Shown: positions 41,086-52,310, counted from the stretch's first letter. The stretch is 64,000 nt of DNA from Alphaproteobacteria bacterium (GCA_965227515.1 CBDDFZ010000001.1:3424001-3488000); one strand, 5' to 3'. Program-made: numbers and translations. The notes: generated from the sequence alone by a model not told the origin.

Positions 41086-43050
41086 TTACGCGGGGGCACG
41101 ACCCTCAGTCTTTAGTCTATCAATGGCATCGGCAAGTGCAAGCACTTCCTGGGACTTGCCGCCCAAATGACGAAGCGCCACGGTTCCTTCGTCCGCCTCG
41201 CGCCGGCCCACGACAGCCATCACAGGCACTTTGGCATGACTGTGTTCACGGACCTTGTAGTTGATCTTTTCGTTGCGCAGGTCGGTTTCGACCCGCAGGC
41301 CCGCGTCGGTCAGCTTCTGTGCGACTTCGGCGGCGTAGTCGTCGGCATCGCTGACGATGGTGGCCACCACCACCTGCGTCGGCGACAGCCACATCGGCAT
41401 GCGGCCGGCATAGTGCTCGATCATCACGCCGATGAAGCGCTCGAACGAGCCCAGGATCGCGCGGTGCAGCATCACCGGACGGTGCTTCTCGCCGTCTTCG
41501 CCGACATAGGTGGCGTCCAGACGCTCGGGCAGCACGAAGTCGGCCTGCAGGGTGCCGCACTGCCACTCGCGGCCGATGGCATCGCGCAGCACGAACTCCA
41601 GCTTCGGGCCGTAGAACGCGCCCTCGCCCGGGTTGAACTCCAGCGGCGTGCCCGTGGCCTTGGTCGCGGCGAGCAGCGCCTGCTCGGCCTTGTCCCAGAT
41701 CGCATCCGATCCGCTGCGCCGTTCCGGGCGGTCGGCGAACTTCACCACCACGTCGTCGAAGCCGAAGTCGCCGTAGATCGACATCAACAGGTCGATGAAC
41801 TCGCGCGTCTCGCCCTCGATCTGATCCTCGGTGCAGAAGATGTGGGCATCGTCCTGGGTGAAGGCGCGCACCCGCATCAGGCCGTGCAACGCGCCAGACG
41901 GCTCATAGCGGTGGCAGGAGCCGAACTCGGCTAGCCGGAGCGGCAGGTCGCGATAGCTGCGGATGCCCTGGCGGAAGATCTGCACATGGCCGGGGCAGTT
42001 CATCGGCTTCAGCGCCAGTGTCCGCTTGGACTGGTCGTGCGCCTCCCCGTCCAGGCCGTGGGCGGCGTGGCCGGCGGCCTCGTCCACCTCGGCGATGAAC
42101 ATATGCTCCTGGAACTTCTCCCAGTGGCCCGAGCGCTCCCACAAGGTGCGGTCGACCAGCTGCGGCGTCTTCACCTCGTTGTAGCCGGCCTTGGTCAGCC
42201 GGCGGCGGATGTAGTCCTCGCAGGCGCGATAGAGCGTCCAGCCCTTGGGGTGCCAGAAGATCGAGCCCACCGCCTCTTCCTGGAAATGGAACAGGCCCAT
42301 CTCGCGGCCGAGCTTGCGGTGATCGCGGCGCTCGGCCTCCTCCAGGCGCATGAGGTACGCCTTCAGCTCCTTCTCGGTCCGCCAGCAGGTGCCATAGATG
42401 CGCTGGAGCTGGGCGTTGGCCTGGTCGCCGCGCCAATACGCGCCGGAGACGCGCAACAGCTTGAATGCCTTGCCGAGCTTGCCGGTGGACGGCAGGTGCG
42501 GGCCGACACAGAGGTCCAGCCAATTGCCCTGGCGGTAGATGCTGATGTCCTCATCCGCCGGCAGCTCGCCGACCCACTCGGCCTTGAAGCTCTCGCCGGC
42601 CTCGCTGAAGTGCTTTACCGCATCCTCGCGGTCCCACACTTCGCGCGTGATCTCCTCATTGCGGTCGACGATCTCGCGCATGCGTTGCTCGATCGCCTCG
42701 AAATCCTCCGGCGAGAAGGTGTCGTTGCGCGCGAAGTCGTAATAGAAGCCGTCTTCCGTCGCCGGGCCGAAGGTGATCTGGGTGCCGGGAAACAGCTCCT
42801 GCACCGCCTCGGCCAGCACGTGGGCGCAGTCGTGACGCAGTAGTTCCAGCGCGTCCTCGTGGTCGCGGGTGACGATTTCCACGGTCGCGTCGCGGGTCAG
42901 CAGGGTCGAGAGGTCGGCGAGCTTGCCGTCTATCTTGATTGCCAGGGCGGCCTTGGCCAAGCCAGGCCCGATGTCCGCCGCCAGGTCCTGTCCACTGACC
43001 GGCTGCGGGAACTGCCGGACCGAACCGTCCGGCAGGCTGATTGCGACCAT
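41086..43050 (-). CDS. thrS: Threonine--tRNA ligase
   Basis: TGS domain, [26 protein letters not shown] and [11 protein letters not shown]. Confidence 0.98.
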   Translation of the reverse strand: MVAISLPDGSVRQFPQPVSGQDLAADIGPGLAKAALAIKIDGKLADLSTLLTRDATVEIVTRDHEDALELLRHDCAHVLAEAVQELFPGTQITFGPATEDGFYYDFARNDTFSPEDFEAIEQRMREIVDRNEEITREVWDREDAVKHFSEAGESFKAEWVGELPADEDISIYRQGNWLDLCVGPHLPSTGKLGKAFKLLRVSGAYWRGDQANAQLQRIYGTCWRTEKELKAYLMRLEEAERRDHRKLGREMGLFHFQEEAVGSIFWHPKGWTLYRACEDYIRRRLTKAGYNEVKTPQLVDRTLWERSGHWEKFQEHMFIAEVDEAAGHAAHGLDGEAHDQSKRTLALKPMNCPGHVQIFRQGIRSYRDLPLRLAEFGSCHRYEPSGALHGLMRVRAFTQDDAHIFCTEDQIEGETREFIDLLMSIYGDFGFDDVVVKFADRPERRSGSDAIWDKAEQALLAATKATGTPLEFNPGEGAFYGPKLEFVLRDAIGREWQCGTLQADFVLPERLDATYVGEDGEKHRPVMLHRAILGSFERFIGVMIEHYAGRMPMWLSPTQVVVATIVSDADDYAAEVAQKLTDAGLRVETDLRNEKINYKVREHSHAKVPVMAVVGRREADEGTVALRHLGGKSQEVLALADAIDRLKTEGRAPA

Positions 43051-43287
43051 GGGTAGAATTCTCTGTGTGATAGGTTGGGGAGACGCGTCACCATTGGCGC
43101 GCCGGTGCGATGATTTAGTGGCCTGGGGCCGAATGCGCAACCGGCGCCATCGGGCCGGCCGCCGCACCGTTTCGCATTGTGATCGGATTCCGTATCGGAA
43201 TTGGCGTAAATACCGCGTTCATTTAACCATTAATCAAGCGATCGGGCGGCAGCTTGCCGGCAATGCCCTCAGAAGGAGGATTGCATC

Positions 43288-44235
43288 GTGAACCGCAGCG
43301 TGTATCGCAGCGCAATTCGTAGCGCCTTTCGCAGATCGAGCAGCCTGATCGCCGTCGCCGTCGTGGCCGGCACGGGCCTCGCCGCCTGTCAGACTACCGC
43401 CCCCACCGACGCCGCCATGATGCCGGCCGCGGTCATTCCCGCGCTGCCCGAGGAGGTGGAAGTCGCCACCCGCGAGGCGCCGGTGGCCGAGGAAGTGCAG
43501 AACGGCGTCACCGTCATGCGTGGCCCGGTCGGCCAGTCCGCCCCGCTGGCTGCCAGCGGCGGCGCACCACAGGCCGGCACGTCCTACCAGCCCAGCTACA
43601 ACACCGCCGCCGCCGATGCAGCCGCAGCACCGCCGATGCCCACCGTTGTGCGCGGCGATGCGGTCGGCGGCTCCCTGCTCGCGGCCATCCAGGCGCAGGA
43701 GAGCCAGGCGGTCGAGGTCAACACGCCAGGCGGTATCGGCAACGCCGACCTGCTGCTGGCCGAGGGCGCGACGGGCGTGGTCCCGGTCACCGATCTGGCC
43801 CCGGCGGCCCGCGGCCCGGATGCCGTCCCCGAGCTGGCGGTGGCGGAGATGGTGTTCAGCGGCCCCCTGCCCGCACCGACGACGGTCGAGAGCCTGCAGT
43901 CGCGTGGCGCGGTGCCGATGGCGCTTGAGGAGATCGAGGCGATCACCGACCGCAACACTGTTGTCCACACCAACGTCGACAACGGGTTCCGGGTCGCCAC
44001 CTATTATGACGGCCAGGGCTTCAGCTACCTGCTGAGCCAGGGTCGCGGCTACCCCGGCCGCTATCAGGTCAGCGAGGGCGCGCGTTGCCGCATCGACTCC
44101 CAGGGGGTCGGCGTCTGCGCCAGCCTGTATCGCGAGGGCCAGACCATCTGGATCTGCGACGACCGCGACAACGGCCAGTGCAACTGGATCGTCAGCGAGG
44201 TGCTGTCGGGCCGGGTGCCGACCGCCGTGCAGTAG
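43288..44235 (+). CDS. Hypothetical lipoprotein
   Basis: AGGAGG RBS, lipobox LAAC, low-complexity linker and a Cys-containing C-terminal beta domain. Confidence 0.75.
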   Translation: MNRSVYRSAIRSAFRRSSSLIAVAVVAGTGLAACQTTAPTDAAMMPAAVIPALPEEVEVATREAPVAEEVQNGVTVMRGPVGQSAPLAASGGAPQAGTSYQPSYNTAAADAAAAPPMPTVVRGDAVGGSLLAAIQAQESQAVEVNTPGGIGNADLLLAEGATGVVPVTDLAPAARGPDAVPELAVAEMVFSGPLPAPTTVESLQSRGAVPMALEEIEAITDRNTVVHTNVDNGFRVATYYDGQGFSYLLSQGRGYPGRYQVSEGARCRIDSQGVGVCASLYREGQTIWICDDRDNGQCNWIVSEVLSGRVPTAVQ

Positions 44236-44257
44236 TCCGCCTCTCAACCCACGCAGC

Positions 44258-44291
44258 AAAAAGGGCGCGCCTGACTGGCACGCCCTTTTTT
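44258..44291. terminator. Bidirectional intrinsic terminator
   Basis: AAAAAGGGCGCGCC-TGACT-GGCACGCCCTTTTTT between convergent genes. Confidence 0.8.
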
Positions 44292-44367
44292 GTATGTCCT
44301 CAATGCGTTATCGGACCATTCTTACGACACGGTCGAAACGCATCCGTGGTAGATGGCCCGCCGGCGC

Positions 44368-45366
44368 TCAGGCGGCCTTGTCATCGAACAGGGAGTCGAT
44401 GTCCTCAGCGCTGAGTTCGCTCATGGCATCGGCCAGAGCTTCCTCGTCCGCCGCGGTTTCCGCAGCAGGCTCATCGGCAACGGCAACGGTTTCAGACGGA
44501 GCTTCCGCTTCGGCGACCGGCGTCTCATCTGTCACCAAGTCCGCACCTTCAGTCTGCGGCGCCTCAAAGGCTTCGGCAACGGAATCCGCCACATCAGCGT
44601 CGCCGTCGCTCATCTCGGTAGCGACCTCTGCATCATCGGCCGCGATCTCTTCGTCCGCGCCGCCCGCGAGCAGTGCGGCAATATCGTCGTCGGCCACCGG
44701 TGTTTCATCGGCTGCGTCGGCTGCGTCGGCCTCGTCAGCCACCGCAACCTCGACCTCGGCCACATCTTCGGCCTCCGCCACCGCATCCATGGCCTCAACC
44801 TCGTCGCCCTCAATTTCATGGGCAGCGACCGCTTCGGCACCGTCGTCCATGCCGGCGGCAGCCAGCTCGGCTTCCAGCACCTTCAGGGCGTTTGCGGCAA
44901 CATCGCTGATGGACCGGTCGTCGGGCACCGCAACCTTTGCCGGCGAGACGTCGGGTTGCGGCTCAACGGCCGCGGGGCCGGCTTCGACCTCGGCAGGCGT
45001 CGCATCGGCCTCGGCAGGCGTCGCGTCGGTCTCGGCGGGGGCCGGCGCGCCAGCGCCCTCGCCCACCATCGCGGCAATCCGGCGGTCCATGTCGCGCATG
45101 GCATCATGGATATTGAGCGACGACCCGCCCTCGATAGCGGCCAGCAGCGACATCAGCATGCCGCGCAGGGTCTCGTTCTCGTTCTCATAGCGGCCGATTT
45201 CGGCATTCAGGGCCGCGATCTCCTGGTTCTGGCCGGCCTGGGCCCGCTCCATGGCGGTGACGACCTCGACCAGCCGATCGCTGTACTTGCGGTTCTGCTC
45301 GTGGATCAGCCCGAACCGGGCTTCCGCCGCCTCTACGCGCGTGCGCAATTCCTCAAGGCCGCTCAT
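44368..45366 (-). CDS. Coiled-coil plus highly acidic disordered hypothetical protein
   Basis: N-terminal heptad repeats, Asp/Glu/Ala-rich tail, ends ELSAEDIDSLFDDKAA. Confidence 0.75.
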   Translation of the reverse strand: MSGLEELRTRVEAAEARFGLIHEQNRKYSDRLVEVVTAMERAQAGQNQEIAALNAEIGRYENENETLRGMLMSLLAAIEGGSSLNIHDAMRDMDRRIAAMVGEGAGAPAPAETDATPAEADATPAEVEAGPAAVEPQPDVSPAKVAVPDDRSISDVAANALKVLEAELAAAGMDDGAEAVAAHEIEGDEVEAMDAVAEAEDVAEVEVAVADEADAADAADETPVADDDIAALLAGGADEEIAADDAEVATEMSDGDADVADSVAEAFEAPQTEGADLVTDETPVAEAEAPSETVAVADEPAAETAADEEALADAMSELSAEDIDSLFDDKAA

Positions 45367-45512
45367 CTGTCCTACGCTCCTGGGCTGGTGCCAACCGATA
45401 GTGCCGGATCACAACTATTGGCTTTAGCCCATTGCAATAGGGTTAATCGCCGGAAGATTGATCCAGCCATCGCGACGTGCAACCGCAGGAAGGAGACGGG
45501 TCAGGCGATGGG

Positions 45513-46520
45513 TCAGGCGACCTTGTCGAGGGTTTCCTCGGCCAGGTGGCAGGCCACCAGACGTCCGGCGACGGGGCGCAGCAGGGGCTCCTGTTCCGCG
45601 CAGCGCGCCTCGGCGAACGGGCAGCGGGTGCGGAACACGCAGCCGCTCGGCGGGTCGATCGGCGAGGGCAATTCACCGCTCAGCGAGATGCGCTTGGCCC
45701 GGTGGGCCGGGTCCACCGCCGGCGTGCTCGCCATCAGCGCCCGGGTATAGGGATGGTACGGCTGCGCGAAGATGGCCTCCTTCGGCCCCTGTTCCACCGA
45801 CCGCCCGAGATAAAGCACCAGGATATGGTGAGCGATATGGCGCACGACGCTGAGGTCGTGGCTGATGAACAGATAGGCAAGCTGAAGCTCATCCTGCAAG
45901 TCCATCAACAGGTTAAGCACCTGCGCCTGAACCGATACATCAAGTGCGGAGACCGGCTCGTCGGCGACCAGCAGCTTCGGGTTCAGCATCAGCGCGCGGG
46001 CGATGGCGATGCGTTGGCGCTGACCGCCGGAGAACATATGCGGATAGCGGTCATAGTGCTCCGGCCGCAGGCCGACCCGCCCCATCACGTCTACGGCACG
46101 TTCCCGCCGCTGCTCCGGGGACATATCGGTGTTGATGACCAGCGCCTCCTCCAGCGAGGTGCCGATCTTCTTGCGCGGGTTCAGCGACCCGAACGGATTC
46201 TGGAACACGATCTGCACCCGGCGGCGCAACTCGACATTGTCGTCGTTGGCCGGGTCGGCGGCATCCATGCCGTCGATCAGCAACTCGCCGGAGGTCGGCG
46301 GTTCGATGCGGGTGACAAGGCGGGCCAGCGTCGACTTGCCGGAACCGCTCTCCCCCACCACGGCCAGGGTCTCGCCCGCGTGCACCTTGAAGCTGGCGTC
46401 CTCAACGGCGCGCAGCACCGCGGGCTTGCCCAGCAACCCGCGCGAGATGGCGTAATGGCGGGCGAGATGGCGTCCCTCGGCGACCGGCGGCGCTTCGCCC
46501 GTGCTGCCCATGTCCCCCAT
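45513..46520 (-). CDS. dppF: Dipeptide ABC transporter ATP-binding protein DppF
   Basis: [16 protein letters not shown] and SPIDPPSGC.FRTRCP. Confidence 0.9.
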   Translation of the reverse strand: MGDMGSTGEAPPVAEGRHLARHYAISRGLLGKPAVLRAVEDASFKVHAGETLAVVGESGSGKSTLARLVTRIEPPTSGELLIDGMDAADPANDDNVELRRRVQIVFQNPFGSLNPRKKIGTSLEEALVINTDMSPEQRRERAVDVMGRVGLRPEHYDRYPHMFSGGQRQRIAIARALMLNPKLLVADEPVSALDVSVQAQVLNLLMDLQDELQLAYLFISHDLSVVRHIAHHILVLYLGRSVEQGPKEAIFAQPYHPYTRALMASTPAVDPAHRAKRISLSGELPSPIDPPSGCVFRTRCPFAEARCAEQEPLLRPVAGRLVACHLAEETLDKVA

Positions 46521-46545
46521 CAGCGGACGCCTCTCTGGCTTGCGG

Positions 46546-47307
46546 TCAATACTGCACCCCGCGGGTCAGTGCGCCGTCGGCCACCAGATTGGCGCCGGTG
46601 ATAAAGCTCGCGCGCGGGCTGGCCAGCATCACCGCCGCGTAGGCGATCTCTTCCGGCTTGCCCATGCGCCCGGTCGGGTTCAGCGCCAGCGCCTGCTGGT
46701 AGAGATCGGGCATGTTCTGTTTGATGTTGTCCCACGGCCCGCCCTCGAAGAAGATGTTGCCCGGCGAGACCGTGTTGGCGCGAATGCCTTTCGGTGCAAG
46801 GCTTAGCGCCAGCCCCTGAATGTAATGGATCAGCGCCGCCTTCATGGCGCCATAGGCACCTGCCGCGAAGTCCAGCTCGCGCCCGGACACGCTGGACACC
46901 GCGACGATGGCGCCGGCGTCCGACTTCTCCAGGAACGGCATCGCCGCATCCACGGTGCGGATGGTGTGCAGCATGTCGACCTGGAACTGTGCGGTCCACG
47001 CGTTCTCGTCGTGGCCGATGGCAAGCGCGCTGACGTTGGCCACGGCAATGTCCAGCCCACCGAACTCGGCCGCCACATCCTTCACCCAGCCCTGCAGCGC
47101 GGCGGCGTCGGCGACATCGAGGGCACGGCCGCTGACCTTGCCGCCATGGGCCTTCAGGGCCTCGACCGCGCTCGCCACGTCATCGGCATTACGCCCGCAA
47201 ATCGCAACATTGGCGCCCTCCTCCGCCAGCAGGTCGGCGATCCGCCGCCCGATGCCCTTGGAGCCCCCGGTCACCAGGGCATTGCGGCCCTTCAATCCCA
47301 GATCCAT
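46546..47307 (-). CDS. SDR family oxidoreductase
   Basis: TGGSKGIG, YGAMK and ITGANLVADG. Confidence 0.92.
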   Translation of the reverse strand: MDLGLKGRNALVTGGSKGIGRRIADLLAEEGANVAICGRNADDVASAVEALKAHGGKVSGRALDVADAAALQGWVKDVAAEFGGLDIAVANVSALAIGHDENAWTAQFQVDMLHTIRTVDAAMPFLEKSDAGAIVAVSSVSGRELDFAAGAYGAMKAALIHYIQGLALSLAPKGIRANTVSPGNIFFEGGPWDNIKQNMPDLYQQALALNPTGRMGKPEEIAYAAVMLASPRASFITGANLVADGALTRGVQY

Positions 47308-47339
47308 TCAATTCCCCTCCCTTTGGGACGACGACACCG

Positions 47340-48305
47340 TCATGGCGCGCCGGTCGTTTCCAGCGGATAGTGACAGCGCACCCGGTTGGCGCCGAACTCC
47401 GGCCGGTCGCGCCGGCAATGATCGTCGCCGAACCGGCAACGCGGCACGAACAGGCAGCCGTCTGGCCGGTCGTACGCCCCCGGCACCACGCCGGGAATGG
47501 TCGGCAGCCGCGTCTCGCCGGCGCTGCGTTCGGGCAGCGCGTCTAGAAGCGCGGCGGTATAGGGATGGCGCGGCGTGACGAACAGGTCGTTGGCCGTGCG
47601 CGTTTCCATCAACTGGCCGGCATACATCACCGCCACCCGCTCCGCCGTCTCCGCCACCACGCCCATATCGTGGGTGATCAACACCAGCGCCATGCCCGTT
47701 TCGCCCTGCAGGCGGCGCAGCAGGTCCAGGATCTGGGCCTGGATGGTGACGTCCAGCGCCGTGGTCGGCTCGTCGGCGATCAGCAGGCGTGGATTGCAGG
47801 CAATCGCCATCGCGATCATCACGCGCTGGTTCATGCCGCCGGAGAGCTGGTGCGGGAACGAACGCAACCGGCCGGCCGGTGCCGGGATGCCGACCAGGTC
47901 CAACAGCTCGATGACGCGGTCGCGGCGCGCCTTGCGCGAGAGATCGGTGTGGGTCTTCAGCGCCTCGCCGATCTGGAACCCGATTGTGAAACATGGGTTC
48001 AGGCTGGTCATCGGCTCCTGGAAGATCATCGCGACGTCGCGTCCCGTGATCTGGCGGCGGCGGCGCGGCGAGAGCCCGCGCAAGTCCTTGCCATCGAACG
48101 ACAACACGTCGGCCGAGACCACGCCCGGATAGGGGATCAGCCCCATCACCGCCAGCATGGTCACCGACTTGCCGGACCCGCTCTCGCCAACCACGCCCAG
48201 CACCTCGCCGGGGTCGACCGTCATGTCGACGCCTTCCACGGCATGGAATGCACCAGCCATGGTGGGAAAGGTCACCCGCAGATTGCGTATTTCGAGCAAT
48301 GGCAT
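47340..48305 (-). CDS. dppD: Dipeptide ABC transporter ATP-binding protein DppD
   Basis: [26 protein letters not shown] and HPYT. Confidence 0.92.
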   Translation of the reverse strand: MPLLEIRNLRVTFPTMAGAFHAVEGVDMTVDPGEVLGVVGESGSGKSVTMLAVMGLIPYPGVVSADVLSFDGKDLRGLSPRRRRQITGRDVAMIFQEPMTSLNPCFTIGFQIGEALKTHTDLSRKARRDRVIELLDLVGIPAPAGRLRSFPHQLSGGMNQRVMIAMAIACNPRLLIADEPTTALDVTIQAQILDLLRRLQGETGMALVLITHDMGVVAETAERVAVMYAGQLMETRTANDLFVTPRHPYTAALLDALPERSAGETRLPTIPGVVPGAYDRPDGCLFVPRCRFGDDHCRRDRPEFGANRVRCHYPLETTGAP

Positions 48306-48309
48306 CGGG

Positions 48310-49224
48310 CTATTTCTTCAGCTTGGGATCGAGGGCGTCGCGCAGCCCGTCGCCCAGGATGTTGAAGGCCAGCACCGTGATCAGGATCGCCAGCCCGGGG
48401 AAGGTGACGATCCACCATTGCGAGGAGAGCACGAACTCGCGCGCGTCGGCCAGCATGGCGCCCCACTCCGGCGTCGGCTTTTGCGCGCCCAGCCCCAGAA
48501 AACCCAGAGCTGCGGCGTCCAGAATGGCGGTGGAAAAGCCGAGCGTGGCCTGCACGATCAGCGGCGGGGCGCAATTCGGCAGGATGGTCACCACCATCAG
48601 GCGCGGCGCCTTGGCGCCGGCAACCTTGGACGCGGTGACGTAATCCTTGTTCTTCTCGCCGATCACCGAGGCACGGGTCAGCCGCACATAGTGGGGCAGG
48701 ATGACGATAGCGACCGCGATCACCGCGTTGAACAGCCCCGGCCCCAGGATGGCTACGATCACGATGGCGAGCAGCAGCGACGGCAGCGACAGCATGATGT
48801 CCATCAGCCGCATGATCGCGACGTCCGCGATACCGCGGAAATACCCCGCGACCAGCCCGAGCATGATGCCGACGCTGACCGACAGGGTGACCACGATCAG
48901 GCCGATCAGCAGCGAGTAGCGGGCGCCGTAGATGATGCGCGAGAGGATGTCGCGGCCGGTCGCATCGGTGCCGAGCAGGAAGTCGCTGCTGCCCTCCTCG
49001 TACCAGGCAGGCGGCCTCTCCGGGAAATCCCGGAACTGCTCCTCGTAGCCGTAGGGCGCGATGAAATCGGCGAATATGGCCGCGAACGCGATGACGAGAA
49101 TGACGATGAGCCCGCCGACCGCGCCCTTGTTGGCACTGAAGTCGCGCCAGAACGCGCGCAGCGGGTGCGGCATCGCAGGCGGTGCCGCCTGCAGGTCGAC
49201 CGCGGCGTCAGCTTCCGTCGTCAT
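48310..49224 (-). CDS. dppC: Dipeptide ABC transporter permease DppC
   Basis: [24 protein letters not shown] and [11 protein letters not shown]. Confidence 0.93.
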   Translation of the reverse strand: MTTEADAAVDLQAAPPAMPHPLRAFWRDFSANKGAVGGLIVILVIAFAAIFADFIAPYGYEEQFRDFPERPPAWYEEGSSDFLLGTDATGRDILSRIIYGARYSLLIGLIVVTLSVSVGIMLGLVAGYFRGIADVAIMRLMDIMLSLPSLLLAIVIVAILGPGLFNAVIAVAIVILPHYVRLTRASVIGEKNKDYVTASKVAGAKAPRLMVVTILPNCAPPLIVQATLGFSTAILDAAALGFLGLGAQKPTPEWGAMLADAREFVLSSQWWIVTFPGLAILITVLAFNILGDGLRDALDPKLKK

Positions 49225-49275
49225 GCCGACAGCCTACTGCAATTTGGGACTGCGCGGGAACCTTGGCGGCGCGGC

Positions 49276-50166
49276 CTACAATTCAGGAACCGGCACCCCG
49301 TGCTGGCGGCAGGCCGCGGTCACCGTGTTGCGCAGCAGGCAGGCGATAGTCATCGGGCCAACACCGCCGGGCACCGGCGTGATGGCGCCGGCCACGCCCT
49401 GCGCCTCGTCGAAGGCAACGTCGCCCACCAGCCGGGTCTTGCCCTCCCCCTTCTCCGGCGCCGGTATCCGGTTGATGCCGACGTCGATGACGGTCGCGCC
49501 CGGCTTCAGCCAGTCGCCGCGCACCATCTCCGGCCGGCCCACCGCAGCCACCAGAATGTCGGCGCGCCGGCACACATCGGGCAGGTCCTTGGTCCGCGAA
49601 TGAGCGACCGTCACCGTGCAGTTCTCGCCCAGCAACAGGGCCGCCATCGGCTTACCGACGATGTTGGAGCGGCCGACGATCACGGCCTCCTTTCCGGTCA
49701 GGTCGCCCAGATGGTCGCGCAGCAACAGCAGCGAACCCAAGGGCGTGCATGGCACAATGCCCTCAGCGCCGTTCCACAGCCGCCCGGTGTTGACGGCGTG
49801 GAACCCGTCCACGTCCTTGTCGGGAGAGATTGCCGCCAGCACTGCGGCGGAATCGATCTGCTCAGGCAGCGGCAACTGGACCAGGATGCCATGAATGGTC
49901 TCGTCGTTATTCATCGACTCGACCAGGGCGAGCAGTTCTTCCTGGGAGGAGTCCTCCGGCAGGCGGTGTTCGATGGAGGCCATACCCGCCTCGGCGGTCT
50001 GGCGGTTCTTGTTGCGGACATAGACCTGGCTGGCCGGGTCTTCGCCCACCAGCACCACCGCCAGCCCCGGCGTCAGCCCGTAACGGGACTTCAGGTTTGT
50101 TACTGCGTCGGTCACCCGCTCGCGAAGACCCGCCGCAAATGCCTTGCCGTCGATGATTTCAGCCAT
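49276..50166 (-). CDS. folD: Bifunctional methylenetetrahydrofolate dehydrogenase/cyclohydrolase
   Basis: [27 protein letters not shown] and [11 protein letters not shown]. Confidence 0.98.
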   Translation of the reverse strand: MAEIIDGKAFAAGLRERVTDAVTNLKSRYGLTPGLAVVLVGEDPASQVYVRNKNRQTAEAGMASIEHRLPEDSSQEELLALVESMNNDETIHGILVQLPLPEQIDSAAVLAAISPDKDVDGFHAVNTGRLWNGAEGIVPCTPLGSLLLLRDHLGDLTGKEAVIVGRSNIVGKPMAALLLGENCTVTVAHSRTKDLPDVCRRADILVAAVGRPEMVRGDWLKPGATVIDVGINRIPAPEKGEGKTRLVGDVAFDEAQGVAGAITPVPGGVGPMTIACLLRNTVTAACRQHGVPVPEL

Positions 50167-50491
50167 TCAACCACTCCCCCAGCCGCGCGGCGACCTCGTC
50201 AGGCGCGCCCGCTATTGTCAGTTCCTTGTCGCGGTCCCGCGCACCCTGCGTGATGGTGATGGTGGACTTTGCCACGCGCCACGTTTTGGCGGCCAGGCCG
50301 ATCAGCGCGGTGTTGGCGGCACCGTCCACCGGCGGCGCCGTGACCCAGGCTCTCAGCGCCGGGCCGCGCGCGGTCTCGACCACGGCCGCATCCAGCACGT
50401 TGCGGCGCGCCTTCGGCGTCAACCGCACGCGCACGACCAGCCCCCGATCGGTGGGACGCCACGGGGCATCCGGCCGGTCGGCGTGGGTCAT
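50159..50491 (-). CDS. DUF167 (YggU/UPF0235) protein
   Basis: [18 protein letters not shown] and G.RDRDK. Confidence 0.9.
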   Translation of the reverse strand: MTHADRPDAPWRPTDRGLVVRVRLTPKARRNVLDAAVVETARGPALRAWVTAPPVDGAANTALIGLAAKTWRVAKSTITITQGARDRDKELTIAGAPDEVAARLGEWLNG

Positions 50492-50508
50492 GGCGATGGC
50501 CGGCAGGG

Positions 50509-50805
50509 TCAGAACGCCGAAATCAGATCCGCCGCGTTGTTGCGGAGCAGGCGCTCCAGAATGAACAGGATGATCACCAGCACCAGCGGCGACAGGTCGA
50601 TGGGCCCAGTATTCGGCAGGATGCGCCTGATCGGTCTCAGCACAGGCTCAACCAGCGCATGAAGGCCGCGATACAATGTGGCGACGAACTGATTGCGCGT
50701 GTTGACGACGCCGAACGCCACCAGCCAGCTCATCACAACCCAAACCAGCAGAATGATCCACGCCAGCTGAATGATGAACAGCAATACTTCAATAAGGGTC
50801 TGCAT
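50509..50805 (-). CDS. YggT family membrane protein
   Basis: MSWLVAFGVVN.RN and EPVLRPIRRILP..G.IDLSP. Confidence 0.93.
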   Translation of the reverse strand: MQTLIEVLLFIIQLAWIILLVWVVMSWLVAFGVVNTRNQFVATLYRGLHALVEPVLRPIRRILPNTGPIDLSPLVLVIILFILERLLRNNAADLISAF

Positions 50806-51076
50806 GATTGTGTTTTCGGTCCGTCGTTCCGGATATGCCGCCGCGCCGCGCGCGCCCGTTCGCCGGGGCACGCTATACTGGATTTTGCCGCTCATTGAAA
50901 TGGATGGCGAAAACCGATGGCGTCGATTTGACGCCGGTTCGACGGCCGGTGAACACGGTACCGCCTTGCCCTGCCCGGCGCACATCGCGCCAAGCTTGAC
51001 AGGTGGCGCCTTCTGCCCCATCTATCCCGCCGCGGCGCATCCTAGGGAACCCACTCCCGGGGACCGCGTGGCTTGT

Positions 51077-51152
51077 GGGGCCGTAGCTCAGTTGGGAGAG
51101 CGCTACGTTCGCAATGTAGAGGTCAGGGGTTCGACTCCCCTCGGCTCCACCA
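51077..51152 (+). tRNA. tRNA-Ala(CGC)
   Basis: 76-nt cloverleaf GGGGCCG...CGGCTCCACCA with anticodon CGC. Confidence 0.97.
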
Positions 51153-51332
51153 TATTTCCGGCGGTCGTCAAAGTAGCCGCCACGCCAACCCTACTTTGCC
51201 GACCGCTCAAACGGCTCGAACGTGGTTCGGGCGGCGTCACCATATTTCTGGCGGTCGTCAAAGCAGCCGCCACGCCAACCCTACTTTGCCGACCGCTCTA
51301 CCGGATCGACCCTGGATCGGGCGGCGCCACCA
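51148..51332 (+). repeat. tRNA-associated tandem direct repeat, 2 x 90 bp
   Basis: CACCATATTT.NGGCGGTCGTCAAAG.AGCCGCCACGCCAACCCTACTTTGCCGACCGCTC... at 51148 and 51238; a third CACCA at 51328. Confidence 0.9.
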
Positions 51333-51389
51333 ATTCTCGCATTGTCCGGACCGACGGGACACGCCGCTACCCCCAGGCGGGAGCCCTGC

Positions 51390-51653
51390 CTAACGGCGCG
51401 AGCTTCTCAGCAGCGTGAGGTCCAGGGTCAGGTTCGACACCACTTTGCGAAGCTTGGTGTTTTCGCGTTTGAGTTCATTGATGTACTGGACCTGGTCGAC
51501 GCTGAGCCCGCCATACGTGCGGCGCCACCGGTAGTACGTTTGTTCCGAGATCCCGAAGTTGTCGCAGATCGAACTGACGCGTTCGCCATGGGCCAGGCGC
51601 ACATCGGCCTCCTTCAGCATGGCAATGACCTGTTCTGGCGCGTGTCGTTTCAT
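51390..51653 (-). mobile_element. IS3-family transposase OrfA (HTH) without OrfB; remnant or stand-alone HTH gene
   Basis: MKRH.PEQVI.ML.EA...G......C...GISEQTYYRWRR.YGG......ELKREN.KLRKVV.NL.LD. No DDE orfB follows. Confidence 0.8.
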
Positions 51654-51863
51654 GTCCCCCTCGCAATTATGCTGTTGCCTCACATCGTCGACGAAGGGGA
51701 AGTCCAGGTGTAGCGCCAGCTGGTCGGTGGCCACCCAGATAGCGGCGATCGGGCGCGTACGCTCCGATACGCGGTGGCCGATAACGTCGGTGACATTTCA
51801 AGCAGGCAATCGCTGTCGTGCCGCTGTCGAGCTCTGAGGTCGTTGGTGGTCGGTTGGTGATCC

Positions 51864-52268
51864 CTATTGTTGTGACGGAAGCGGCGTCACCGGTCCGCCA
51901 CTGCGTGCCTCGGCCCCTGCTGCAGAGGCGATCGGCACGTCTGTGGAGAACGTTGGCGTCGCAGCGACCCTTATGACGCGCCCATCGGACACCGTCATCA
52001 GATGCGCCTCGTTCTCGCCCATGCTCATCAGCGAAATGCGGGCACGGGCGGTGGGCTCGTAGTCCTGACAGACAGGGTCGCCGACCACGGCCCTCAACAT
52101 GCGGCAGTCCTGCTGCATGGCGATGGACAGCGCGTGATCGTTGCTCGATTTCCCGGTGGCCGCCATCAGAGCTCCATCGACGACATAGGAGGCAACGCTG
52201 ACCGCCGGCGGCAAGCCGCAGCCGCTGACAACGCACAGGATGGCCGCGCAGAGTGCCGTTCGGGTCAT
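51864..52268 (-). CDS. Hypothetical lipoprotein of the CsgG/HfaB cluster
   Basis: Lipobox VSGC, TGKS..DHALS...QDC...C motif and GAGGA RBS. Confidence 0.75.
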   Translation of the reverse strand: MTRTALCAAILCVVSGCGLPPAVSVASYVVDGALMAATGKSSNDHALSIAMQQDCRMLRAVVGDPVCQDYEPTARARISLMSMGENEAHLMTVSDGRVIRVAATPTFSTDVPIASAAGAEARSGGPVTPLPSQQ

Positions 52269-52310
52269 GTCCTCATCTCCCCCTTGCTGTCGGCCGGCGC
52301 CGGCGCGGCG

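Noticed and set aside
42030-42090. His/Ala-rich insertion in ThrRS ([17 protein letters not shown])
   Set aside because: It falls in a length-variable loop just before KPMNCP and is probably neutral.
43215-43240. Full CtrA box upstream of the lipoprotein gene
   Set aside because: Only a TTAACCAT half-site; the spacing does not fit TTAA-N7-TTAA.
51148-51332. Possible mini-CRISPR or prophage att site
   Set aside because: The units are similar along their whole length, no integrase is present, and I found no distal copy of the tRNA 3' end.
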